DNA from: Pelagomonas calceolata
Taxonomy: Eukaryota
DNA: 64,000 nt
Direction: 5' to 3'
Assembly: GCA_918797485.1 (NCBI GenBank)
Contig: CAKKNE010000004.1
Location: 372,001 to 436,000 of the forward strand
Made by a program: the position numbers and the translations under genes. Below are positions 43,304-53,099 of this stretch, in pieces (position 1 is the first letter of the stretch; the number at the start of each line of letters is the position of its first letter). Under the pieces are notes generated by a model that was not told the DNA's origin, searched no databases, and saw only the letters and a program-made list of their open reading frames with translations.

Positions 43304-46300
43304 ATGGTGCGCGCCACGCAGCAGTGGCGCCGCCACTCCTTCTTCCGCAAAAGTGCATTGGGCGACGCCGTCAAGCAACTAGGACTGCCCGAGGGAGCGC
43401 AAGTGACCTGCGCCCATTTAGTGGAATTGAAACCGAGACGAGATGAAGACGCCATCACGATGAGCGACGTCGACGAGGCCACGACGAAACAACTGAAGGA
43501 GCCTTCCATAAAGGCATTAGTGGTAGTAGGAGATAATGGCGGTAGAATAGTGGTTTGTGACGGCCACCTCTCCACGCCGTCGTTCCTGCCGCCCTTCGAT
43601 TCAAGGTCATTACACGTCCACGCCGTGACCAGGGGAAGTGAGAAGGACGTCGCACGAGTCGGCGCGGTCGTCGCGGCCGTCGGCTCGTCGAGAGACGGCA
43701 GCTATTTACTAAGGACCTTCGCCGTTTCTGATGACGGCGCCTTCGCCGGCGGCGTCGCCGAGTTACCTTTGACTAAAGATGCGCCGGCATCTCTAGCTTT
43801 AAGGAGCGACGGCCGGTTGTGCGCGATCGGGTTGGAAAGTGGTTCGGTCACGCTTGTGAGTGTAGGAGCGTCGATCGCGTGCTCCGAGGATGATCTCTCA
43901 AGAAACCCCGTGGCGCCGGGCGACAAGCCGCGGTTCGTGGATTTTGCCGATGCCGCGGCGCGGAGAATAGGACGGCAGCTGCAGACGGACAAGGCCGACG
44001 AGTTGCTGGTGGTCTGTGGGTCCGTCAAGCCGCCGCGAAGTGCACCGTGCGTCGCCTTGGCCTTCGCTTCCTTCACGGAAGAGACGTATTTGTTTGTGGG
44101 GAGTCAGGTGCGGCGCTTCGCGGGCGACAGGGTGCGGCGCGGCGTCCTCATTCATCGTGTGTCGCGGCGATGGCGTCGAAGCGACGCCGTCCTCGCGTCG
44201 GCTCGACGCCATCGCGGCGAGAGCGCCGCCGTCGCGACACAAAATCACACAGGTCGAGGGCGACTCCGATGATGATGATGACGCCGGCGGTCAAGTAGTT
44301 TGCTCAAAAATCCCCGATGCCATATCTGGTACTCTACCTTCATCAGTGCTCGACGAACGGGGCTGCGGCCCGGGATTGATGAGTTTTGACGGCGAGAAAA
44401 TCATAGTAGCACGTTCAGATGGCCTGTACCTCTACGCGACGGACGAGCGACGGGGCGCGCTGGGCTTCGACGGCCCGAAGACGGCTTTATCGTGTCTCGG
44501 GGACGGGCTCGTGGCCGTCGCGGCGGTCGGAAGGTACAAGCGCTCCGAGGTGACTATTTACGACATCATACAAAGGCGTATTGTACACTTCGCTCGATTG
44601 CAACAGGGCGTCGCGGCAGCTTGTTTGTTATCAGCTTTAGCTAGAAAGCCGCCGGAACCCGCAGATTACGTCGACGGGCGGCGACCGCTCATGAAGCCCC
44701 TGTCATCGGTCATCATGCTCGCGACGGATGGTGGAATAGTGAGGTACGACGAGAAGAGTACACCGGAAAAACTCGACGGCCTCTATAAAGAGAGAAGCTA
44801 TGCCTCTGCGGTCGATGTAGCATTGAAGAGCGGTTTACCAAAAAGGGCGGCATCACAAATCTTCCGCATGTACGGCGACCACCTCTGCGACCAATCACAA
44901 TACGGAGACGCGGCGCAACACTACGCGCACACCATCGGGACGGTGCCGCCCTCATATGTCATCCAAAAATTTTTGAACGCGCGTCGCTTCGAAGAGTTGG
45001 CTGCTTATCTGTTAAAAGCCCACGGCAAGGACGAGACGAAGCGACAGTTTGTCCTCGATGACCCTTATGGTTTTCCTAGACCTCTTGAGGAATTAGATGA
45101 GTTAAAAACCCGGCCCGAATTGACTACCTTACTCATCAACTGCTACGCCAAACTCAAAGACGTGGCGGCCTTGGATCGATTTGTGAGAAATGAAGACGAC
45201 TTGGCGGTCGACGGCGCGACGGCCGTCGTCGCGCTGCGGGACGCCGGTTATTATGGACACGCTGAGAAGGCAGCAGTAGCCTTCGAGGAGTTCGAATGGA
45301 GATGCGTCCTGGCGTTGGAGCGGGACCCCTGGCGGCCGGAAGAGGCGTTGGAGTTCTTCGATCGCATGGACGTCCTCTCGCGCTTCAGATGTGTGAGAAG
45401 ATTCGGCATTCGATTGGTGAAGGACTTCCCCGATCGAACGACGGAGTTACTGATGCGCCTGGCCACGGCGCCTGACGTGGAGGTCGACGATTGCGTCCGG
45501 CCCGAGGACGAGAACACGCCCGTCTGCTACGAAGAAGAGTTACAATTAAGGAAGGAAGAGTTAAGACAGAGAAATCGACCCACGACCCCGCAAGCGTTTC
45601 CCCCCGACAGTGATAGCGACGACGAGGGCTTCACGTGCGACGACTTCCCCCACTTCTTCGTGCACCGGCCGGGGCATTTGCGGCTGTTTTGTGATTACGT
45701 CATGAATTTTGACGAGCGCGGTCGGACGCGGAACATCTGCACGACGCTTTGCGAGCTACTTATTGACGAGTGGCGGTCGCTGAAGGATAATGATGGTAGT
45801 GAGGAACTCTTGGAGCAGAAGTCGGAAGATATCATGGCTTTACTGCGTTCAGATGCGCCGTACGACCGCATGGTCGCGCTTGTATTGGTCGAGACGCGGG
45901 AGTTCCCGTTTGTAGCTGTGTCCGTGATCCTGGGGCCGTCGCCGTCGCGGCGATGGCGTCTTCATGGGACCGCGTCGCCACGACGTCGTCGACGCGGCCG
46001 TCAGAGTCTACGCGTCTCGTGAGAGAACCGCGGTGTCGCCGCGACACAACGTCCACGCCACGCAGGCCCGGCACGCTCTACCTCTACGAGACGAAGTTCG
46101 CCCAGGAACCGGTACCGTACCAAGATAGGAAGGAGCCCTGGTGGACGCGGCGGCAGAAGCGTCGAAGCCAGAAGTTTCGCGACGCGGTACGACCGGAAGA
46201 AAGAATCATCCCGCACGGTCTGCGGAACGGCATTTTAGTACAAGAATACCACAAGCGAGGCCGCATCGGCGACATGCTGCGCATCTGCCGCGCGGAAGGT

Positions 46301-47467
46301 CGATCTGATCCGCTGTTGTGGATTCTCGCGTGTCAGACGACGGCGGGCGCGATTCCGCCGGAAGTGCTCAAAAGAAAGCGCTACTTCGGCCTGGGCGATG
46401 ACAAGGCGGAGGTCTGGGACCCGGAGGCAGCTAGAGAGGCTGACGAGCACACGGCGCGGTGCGCGAACGAAGGCTACGCCGCCGAAGGTTTTGTGGACTC
46501 GGACTACGTTTGTAAACCGCGCGGGAATCACCACTTCCGGCGCCCTTACGCCATCGACGCGCGCCATCGAGCCACGACCGCGCCGCCGACGCAGGCGAAG
46601 ATGTACGCCCCAAAACCGCCGCCGCCGCCGCCGCCGCCTCCCACCGATCCGGAGATTCTCAGGAAGTTGGATGAGAGAGAAGATAGGTGCTCGGACCTGA
46701 AGGAGGTGCTGAAGGCTCTCGATGAAGAAAAAGGTTTGCATCCGCGGCGCGTCGTCGAACTAGTCTGTCAAAATGAAAACGTCCCGCTCGGCGCGATGCT
46801 GCCCTACCTCAAAACTGTATTAGGAAGGTGGCACGCCGAGACGGAGGCCGAAAACAAGGAGAGCAGACGGCTCGAGAAGGAGTGCGCTGCGATGCGTAAA
46901 GAGTTGCACGACAGCAAATGCGCGGAAGTCGCCGCGCTGCCGAACGTGAACGAGTACGCGGATGTGTTGCAGATGGAGCCCGGGCCGGAGAAGACTGCAT
47001 TGCTCGATGAGATTCTCGAGGAGAAGTATAGGATTGACGAGGAGGCGGCGGACCGCTGGCGCGAGGAGGAAGGGCTGCCGCCTCTCTCGAAGGAAGACAG
47101 GGAGGCTTTATTAGATAAGATCATGTCGGAGGACGACAGGAAATGGATGGAGATCCACAAGAAGCGGCAGGAGCCCGTGGACCACGAGCAGTTCTTCCGG
47201 GAGCTCGAGGATCCGGACACGGGTGGCTTCGACTGCGTCGCGCGGTGGATCGGCAAGGGCGTGATTTCGGACGATGCTCCTATTGATGTAGATGCTTTGA
47301 AGAAGTACCCCTACATCGTCGGCGAGGAGGTGGCGAAGGACGAGGAGGGTCGGTATCTGATCAACGTGGCGCCGGCGCTGCGGCCGTACGTGCAGGAGCC
47401 GGAAGTTGTGGGTAGGGGGACGGTTGAACTTGATGATCCGGGCGTGGCGGAGAGCAAGGGGGATTAA
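43304..47467 (+). CDS. VPS11: Vps11-like HOPS/CORVET subunit; introns 44108-44252, 45908-46065 and probably 46508-46594
   Basis: N-terminal QWRRHSFF, YGDHL..Y..TIG..PSYVIQKFL, TTLLINCYAKLKD, GTLYLYE, C-terminal HEQFFRELE..GFDCVARWIGKG. Confidence 0.88.
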
Positions 47468-48058
47468 TGTGTGTTGTGCTAGTGCTTTGCTTAGACTGGC
47501 TAGCCGCCGACACAGGCGCGGGTGTTGATTTTTTTTTTAATCACCTGTCTGATCTCTCATGGCGAGGACAGACACGAGTTTCCGCTCGAGCTGTAGCAAT
47601 AATTAATCGCCCGACGTATCCCACACCCACTGACCTAGGTAAAATAGGCTTGGCTCCTGGGAATCGCTGGGGCGCAAACAAAGCCCGCGCGCGAAGGAGC
47701 GTACAGTGAAGTGAGTATCGCCGCGTATAATCAGGCGAGCAAGCAAATACCACGGTCCTTCCGCGCAAAAAAGAGAGAAACTGAAAAAAGCAGCCAAAAC
47801 TATTTAGAGCCGCACGGCGCGCGCCATCCGCGTTTTGCGGCCTCAGGACTCGCGACGTGGCGGCGTGGTACGCCTCGCCGGGCGAGCTGCGCATTGACAA
47901 GACGCTCGGGCGGTTTCCGGGGACCGTCGGCAGTTTCATAAAAAACAAGGCCCCCTTCGGAGAACGGGCGGGCGGCGGGGCGTGTGTCGAGAGTTTGCTT
48001 CCCCGCGCAGGCAACAGACGAGAGCCTCGAGATCATCGGCGAGCGAAGACAAAAAACG

Positions 48059-48546
48059 ATGTACCGCTCGCTCGTCCTCGCGGCGCTCGTGCCGCTCGCG
48101 CTCGGCGACGACTCCACGCCACCGGGCACACCGCAGACGGAGTACTCCTACGACTACACCGACGCGCCGACGACGGCGCCGACGACGCAGACGATGACAC
48201 CCACGGCGTCGAACGCCCCGACGCGCGCGGAGACCTACGCCCCGACGCGCATGACCGAAGCGCCGTCGTACGCGCCGACGACGGACACGTACGCGCCGTC
48301 GGTCGCGCCGACGGGCACCGCGGCCCCGACGCCCTGGAACTGCACACTACATGAAGTACAGGGCTGCGCCGCCCAGGTGCCTGGCGCTTTCTTTCAGCGT
48401 GCCCGGGCAGTGCGAGCTGCTACCCCCCGGAAAAGTTCCTCGCGGAGCGGGTAGCTTCGCCAGGCCTGGACAACACGGCGGACTGGAACGACATCGACCA
48501 GCAGGTCGGAACCTTGGCGGACCAGATCGTCGCGAAAATCTGCTGA
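48059..48546 (+). CDS. Secreted mucin-like protein with APT repeats (3' exon structure uncertain)
   Basis: Signal peptide and (T/Y)APT repeats; a coding-like second frame ends ..QIVAKIC* at 48546 and needs an intron or frameshift. Confidence 0.55.
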
Positions 48547-48625
48547 GCGGCGACGACGATGGCGGGGCGGCGCCCGGGGCGACGGCGGGGCGGCGCCCGG
48601 GGACCCCCGCACTACTAAGCATCTA

Positions 48626-50223
48626 CTACATAGAACAGCGCTCCGCGAAGCGCACGCGCGCCGCGACGCCTGATGAGTCCTCGTCGCGGAGTCGGCGCAG
48701 CTCGTCCGCGAGCGCCCGCCGCGTCGCGTTCCTCTCTTCGCGTCGTCGGTTCGCGAGCACGTGTACCCCGAAGCGAACGAGCGGGATCGCTAGGATCGCG
48801 AGCGAGTAGTAGTAGAAGAAGGCCGCCGCGCGCGCGAGCGCGCCGTCGACGGCCCCGCGGAGGACCCACAACGCGAGCACGTTGCCTCCCACCAGCCCCG
48901 CGCAGCAGAGCGTCCTTTCAAAGGAGAGCCCCGCGAAGGGCACGGGCGCCTCGCACAACGCGTCGTCGCCGTCGGCGGGGGCGCCTCCAACCAGCTCGGG
49001 AAATTCGAACACGACGCCGCCCCCCTCCTCGCAGCGCCGGGGCCGGCCCCGGAAGTGGACCACGGCCACTGCCGCCGCGGCCTCGCTGCCGCGCAGCTTC
49101 ATGGGCGGCGCGGGCAGGTGCGGCGCGAGGTCCTCGGGGGCTATGACGCCGCCGCGGCTCGCGATGACTCCGCCGACGGCTCGCCAGTGGTCCGCGGTCC
49201 GCGCGCCGGGACCGCCGAAGAGGAAGGCGTGCAGCGCCGACAGCGCGTCGTCGCTTGGGTTCGGCGGACTCGCGCCCCCCTCGTCGTCGAGGAGCGCCTC
49301 GCGGTCCTCCTCGTCGACGGCCGTCGCGACGGGCAGATCCTCTGTCAGCGGCGCCTCCTCGGCCGGCACGGCGACGACGACGCCGTCGCGGACGACGGCG
49401 CGCGTCCGCGCGACGTTCCGCCGACGCCGCGCGTGGCGCAGCGCCGAGCCGAGGCCGTAGCCGTAGCCGTAGCCGGGATAGCCGTAGCCGTAGCCGTAGC
49501 CCCCGAACGGCCCGTAGTAGTACGGGTAAAAACCGAAGGGCACCGGCCGGAAGAACGGGTTCGTCCCGCCGCAGCACCTGTGTGGAAATCAAATTTCGGG
49601 CGCTTCACGCCATCGACGCGACGTAGTCCCCGTGACCGTAAAACCCAACTCACCGTTTGATTTCCACACAGCGCAACACCAGTACAGCGACGTAAACAAG
49701 TTCCACGTCCTCACGAGTTCGTGGAGCTCCCGGATGCCTCCTCGTATGTTCGGGCCCCGCGACCGCGACCGGCCGTCGCCGCGCAGGGCGGCCACGGCCG
49801 CGGCCACGACGAATAACACCTGTGCATAAATCAAAGTCTCGCGGCGCGTCCTTACGCCATCGACGCGCACCCGACTCACTGGTTGATTTGCGCACAGAAT
49901 AACACCACGACAACCGCCACGAAGAGCGTCGCGAGGAGCACGAACGCGCCGACGGCGTACTGCGCCGCGGTCGCGGCCGCTGTTAGAATGTGCTGCAGCC
50001 GCGCGTTCGCGCGCCGGGCGCCGAGCTTGCTCTTGACGTTGGACGGAAAGATGTAGACCACGATCTCGCCGCGGAACTCATACGAGCCGCCGCACGCCGC
50101 CAGCAGCTGCGCCAGCGCCTCCTCGCTGTCCTCGACGGTCGCGCCCGTTTTTAACGAGACGTCCAATGCGGTCGCGCGGTAGCGCTGGCGCTCGAGGACG
50201 GCCAGGAGCTGCTTGTCGTCCAT
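48626..50223 (-). CDS. At5g03900-like membrane protein; introns 49820-49905 and 49578-49679
   Basis: RATALDVS..G..E.AL..L....GG..YIFP, FLFG, GGVI.PE.LAP, FRGRP..G.VVFEFPEL; spliced CDS is 1410 nt in frame. Confidence 0.8.
49578..49679 (-). mobile_element. Introner intron, family A (element 49578-49671)
   Basis: 16-bp perfect TIR CTGTGTGGAAATCAAA; TSD CGCAGCAC/CGCAACAC (1 mismatch). Confidence 0.93.
49820..49905 (-). mobile_element. Introner intron, family A (element 49820-49897)
   Basis: TIR CTGTGCATAAATCAA/TTGATTTGCGCACAG; perfect TSD AATAACAC at 49812-49819 and 49898-49905. Confidence 0.93.
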
Positions 50224-50581
50224 GATTCTTTTGGTCGCACGCCGTCGACGACGTATGCGTGCTCACGCACCGTGGATTGCGACGACAGCGTGCTGCTCAC
50301 ACTATGGATTGATTTGAGTGTGAGCTGCAGTGGCACGCAAGCTGACGAACGCGTCGATGCAAGCAATGCGCGATGCAATAATAAGTCAAAACCGATGCCC
50401 CTGCCGGATTCCGCGCAATACCAAGCGTCTAGGCTAAGCTTGGGCTCACTGCCCAGCCAGCTCCAAGGGCCACAGCGCGGGTTTCGATGGAGGAGATAGA
50501 ACGAACACTTAGATTAAAAGGGGAGAGGAGACCCGCTGCTCCCCGAAACGCGCGGCGGGCGCCGCAGAACGCCCGCCTCTG

Positions 50582-50830
50582 TCACTCGGGCGGCGGCCCG
50601 CACGGCTGGAGCATCTTCTCGAGCAGCTCGTAGCGCACGCGGCCGACGGACTCGCCCTGGGCCACCGAGAAGTAGAGCAGCCGGTCCGCATGTCCTACAT
50701 GGGACGCGATGGAGTCGCGGTGGACGTTCGACGCCCACTCATATTTGCTCATGTCGACGTGGCCGGTGCCGACGTATTTTTGTTGAATGTGCTCCCAGGA
50801 CCGGTTGATGTTCATGCGGTCGGCGGCCAT
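50582..50830 (-). CDS. SF3B5: Splicing factor 3B subunit 5 (SF3b10)
   Basis: KYVGTGH.D.SKYEW..N.HRDS.AS.VGH ... KMLQPCGPPP. Confidence 0.95.
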   Translation of the reverse strand: MAADRMNINRSWEHIQQKYVGTGHVDMSKYEWASNVHRDSIASHVGHADRLLYFSVAQGESVGRVRYELLEKMLQPCGPPPE

Positions 50831-51072
50831 CTTGGCTGTTCTCGCGCCGGCGGCTGTTTTCGCGCCGGCGGCTGTTTTCGCGCCGGCGCGGCGGTTTTTG
50901 GCCGCAGGCCGCTTTTACTCTATAAACTCGGCCGCGGGGGCGCGGGGCGCGCTGTTCTCGGCTGTGGTCCCTAAGCGGCTGTCTGGGCGAGCGATGAAAG
51001 CCGTGGGAGGTGAATCCGCTAGCCCGCGGCGTCGCCTGCGGAGCCGCAAAGTGGCGAGTTATCGAACCGAGG

Positions 51073-51095
51073 CTAGCGGCTTGTAAGACACTAGC
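51073..51095 (+). promoter_or_regulatory. Bipartite CTAGC..ACACTAGC upstream motif
   Basis: CTAGCGGCTTGTAAGACACTAGC between divergent genes. Confidence 0.65.
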
Positions 51096-51318
51096 AAACA
51101 CTCCAAAAACTTGTTGCAGCCTTTGTGCAGGCCGCAGCCTGCAAATAAATTTGCGTTCGAGGCGCTTCGGTTTCGAGACGGTCCGTGCGAAGCACCTGAC
51201 ACCACTAAGCTCGGGATAGGGCTGCCCAGCAGCAGCATTGATGGTCAGCGGTGCATGACGGCTGCCCACGCGTGACTCATCGCTATCTGCCGAGGCACAA
51301 GGAACCTCAGAGCAACAA

Positions 51319-52509
51319 ATGACGCCCGCCGCCTACGCACTCGCAGGCTTCCTGGCAGCCTTGTACCTCGTGGGAGAACTTGCGCGGCGGTGCGGCGCGC
51401 CGGCCCTCGTCGGGGAGATAATCGTAGGCCTGGTGCTCGGTCCGTATGGTTTTGACGTCGTGCCGCAGACAAGAGCGTGCACGATCGCCGGCGAATTAGG
51501 ACTCGCATTACTGGTTTTGGAAGGAGGCTTACATGTGGACCTCAAGACGCTGAGGGAGGTGGGCGGCGTCGCGAGCCGAGTCGCCGTCGCCGGCACGGCG
51601 CTGCCCGCATTAGCGGCGTGGGGCCTCCTCGCGCTGCTGCCCGCGTTCACGGCGCGCGAGGGCCTGCTCTGCGGCGTCGCCCTGAGCTCGACGGCGATTG
51701 GGATGGCGGCCCAGCTCATGACCGATCTGGGCCTCATCGAGACGGAGCTGGGACGAGTAGTGGTCACTGCCGCGATGGTCGACGACGTGCTGTCGCTGGT
51801 ATTGTTGGCCGTCGTGCGCAAGTCCACGACGACCTTCGTGGACGTGGCGAAGCCGGTCGGAGCGTCGGCGGCCGTCGTCGTCGCCGGCGTGGGCCTCGCC
51901 GCGCTCACGCCGCGGGTCGTAGCTCGAAGGCCGGCGCCGCCGGACGTGCTCGTCGCAATGGCGCTCGCCCTGGGCGCCGGCGCCGCCTTCGCCGCGGACG
52001 CCGCCGGGTCGACGCCGTTGCTCGGCTGCTTCGCCGCGGGAGTGTGCTTCGCGAGCGTCGAGGGCGTCGCCCACCGCTTCGACGAGGTCGTGGGACCGCC
52101 GGCGGCGTGGCTCTACCGCGTCTTCTTCGCGTCGATCGGTTTTGTCGTGCCCCTGGGCCGGCTCGCGTCCGCGCCGGCGGCGCTCTACGGGCTTCTCCTG
52201 AGCCTCGTGGCCGTGCTCACGAAGGTGGGCACGGGACTGTTCTACCGTGAGGACCCCTGGAAGGTCGGCTGGGCCATGGTCGGGCGCGGCGAGCTCGGCT
52301 TCGTGATGGCCCTGGAGTCATTTCACAGGGGCCGGACGTCGAGGCTCGCGCTGAGCGTGACGGTCTGGGCGTTGCTCGTCGCGACGCTCGTCTCGCCCGT
52401 GGTCCTGCGGCGGCTCCTGGCGCGCACCCGCGGCGGCGGCGACGGCGACGACGCGGAGACCAGGCGTGCTGAGGCGGCGCCGGCGGCGAAGGCGGCGGCG
52501 CCCGAGTAA
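51319..52509 (+). CDS. CPA2-family Na+/H+ (or K+/H+) antiporter
   Basis: LVGEIIVGLVLGP, AAMVDDV, FFASIG, MVGRGE; multiple TM helices. Confidence 0.9.
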   Translation: MTPAAYALAGFLAALYLVGELARRCGAPALVGEIIVGLVLGPYGFDVVPQTRACTIAGELGLALLVLEGGLHVDLKTLREVGGVASRVAVAGTALPALAAWGLLALLPAFTAREGLLCGVALSSTAIGMAAQLMTDLGLIETELGRVVVTAAMVDDVLSLVLLAVVRKSTTTFVDVAKPVGASAAVVVAGVGLAALTPRVVARRPAPPDVLVAMALALGAGAAFAADAAGSTPLLGCFAAGVCFASVEGVAHRFDEVVGPPAAWLYRVFFASIGFVVPLGRLASAPAALYGLLLSLVAVLTKVGTGLFYREDPWKVGWAMVGRGELGFVMALESFHRGRTSRLALSVTVWALLVATLVSPVVLRRLLARTRGGGDGDDAETRRAEAAPAAKAAAPE

Positions 52510-52791
52510 TGTGGTGTGAGTTGTAGAGTTTTTTGGCACGGGACCCACGCGCGGGGGAATGACGTGCGGCAGAGGAGCCCCTTCAGCTTGGACGGTTTGT
52601 CGATGTTACGGTGCTAGGACTAGTGGGCGGAGCCCCGGGGGGGGAGACACCGCGCGTCGCCGATTCATCGGCGGCGGGCGCGGGCCGCTTCTTTCATAAC
52701 AGCGTACCTCCTTCTAAGCAGGACGTCCTGGAGGATCTGAGGCTGAGGCTAGTTACGTCGCAGGGCTCCCCGTACCCCTCCCGGGATCTCT

Positions 52792-52816
52792 GCTAGTGTC
52801 TTAGCAGGACGCTAGC
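52792..52816 (-). promoter_or_regulatory. Bipartite CTAGC..ACACTAGC upstream motif
   Basis: Reverse complement GCTAGCGTCCTGCTAAGACACTAGC upstream of NOL10. Confidence 0.6.
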
Positions 52817-53099
52817 TCGACTATTTTTGTCGACACTTTGCCTTGCAGCCTGTGCCAGAGCTCATATCTGACCGAGGCACGCGCACGCTGCTGAACCACA
52901 ACTAATTCCTTCGCAGTTCTCACTGCTGCCGCTTGCGTGAGGCAGAGTGCAGCGAGCGACCCAAGGCTGCAGGGTGCAGTGCAGTGCGAGAGGCGCTCTC
53001 ACAAAGCGCCGTCGCCGCTGAAGAGCCGCAAGGGACCCAGCTGCCGCGCACTGCAAGGATCTCTCACAAGCGCGACGCCGCCGAGGCGTACACAGAGCC

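Noticed and set aside
49455..49501. (CCGTAG)n tandem repeat, superficially telomere-like or CRISPR-like
   Set aside because: Encodes the GYGYGY low-complexity stretch of the minus-strand protein; no spacers
50833..50900. 18-bp tandem repeat (CGCGCCGGCGGCTGTTTT) upstream of SF3B5
   Set aside because: Two to three local copies in a 5' UTR, most simply explained by slippage
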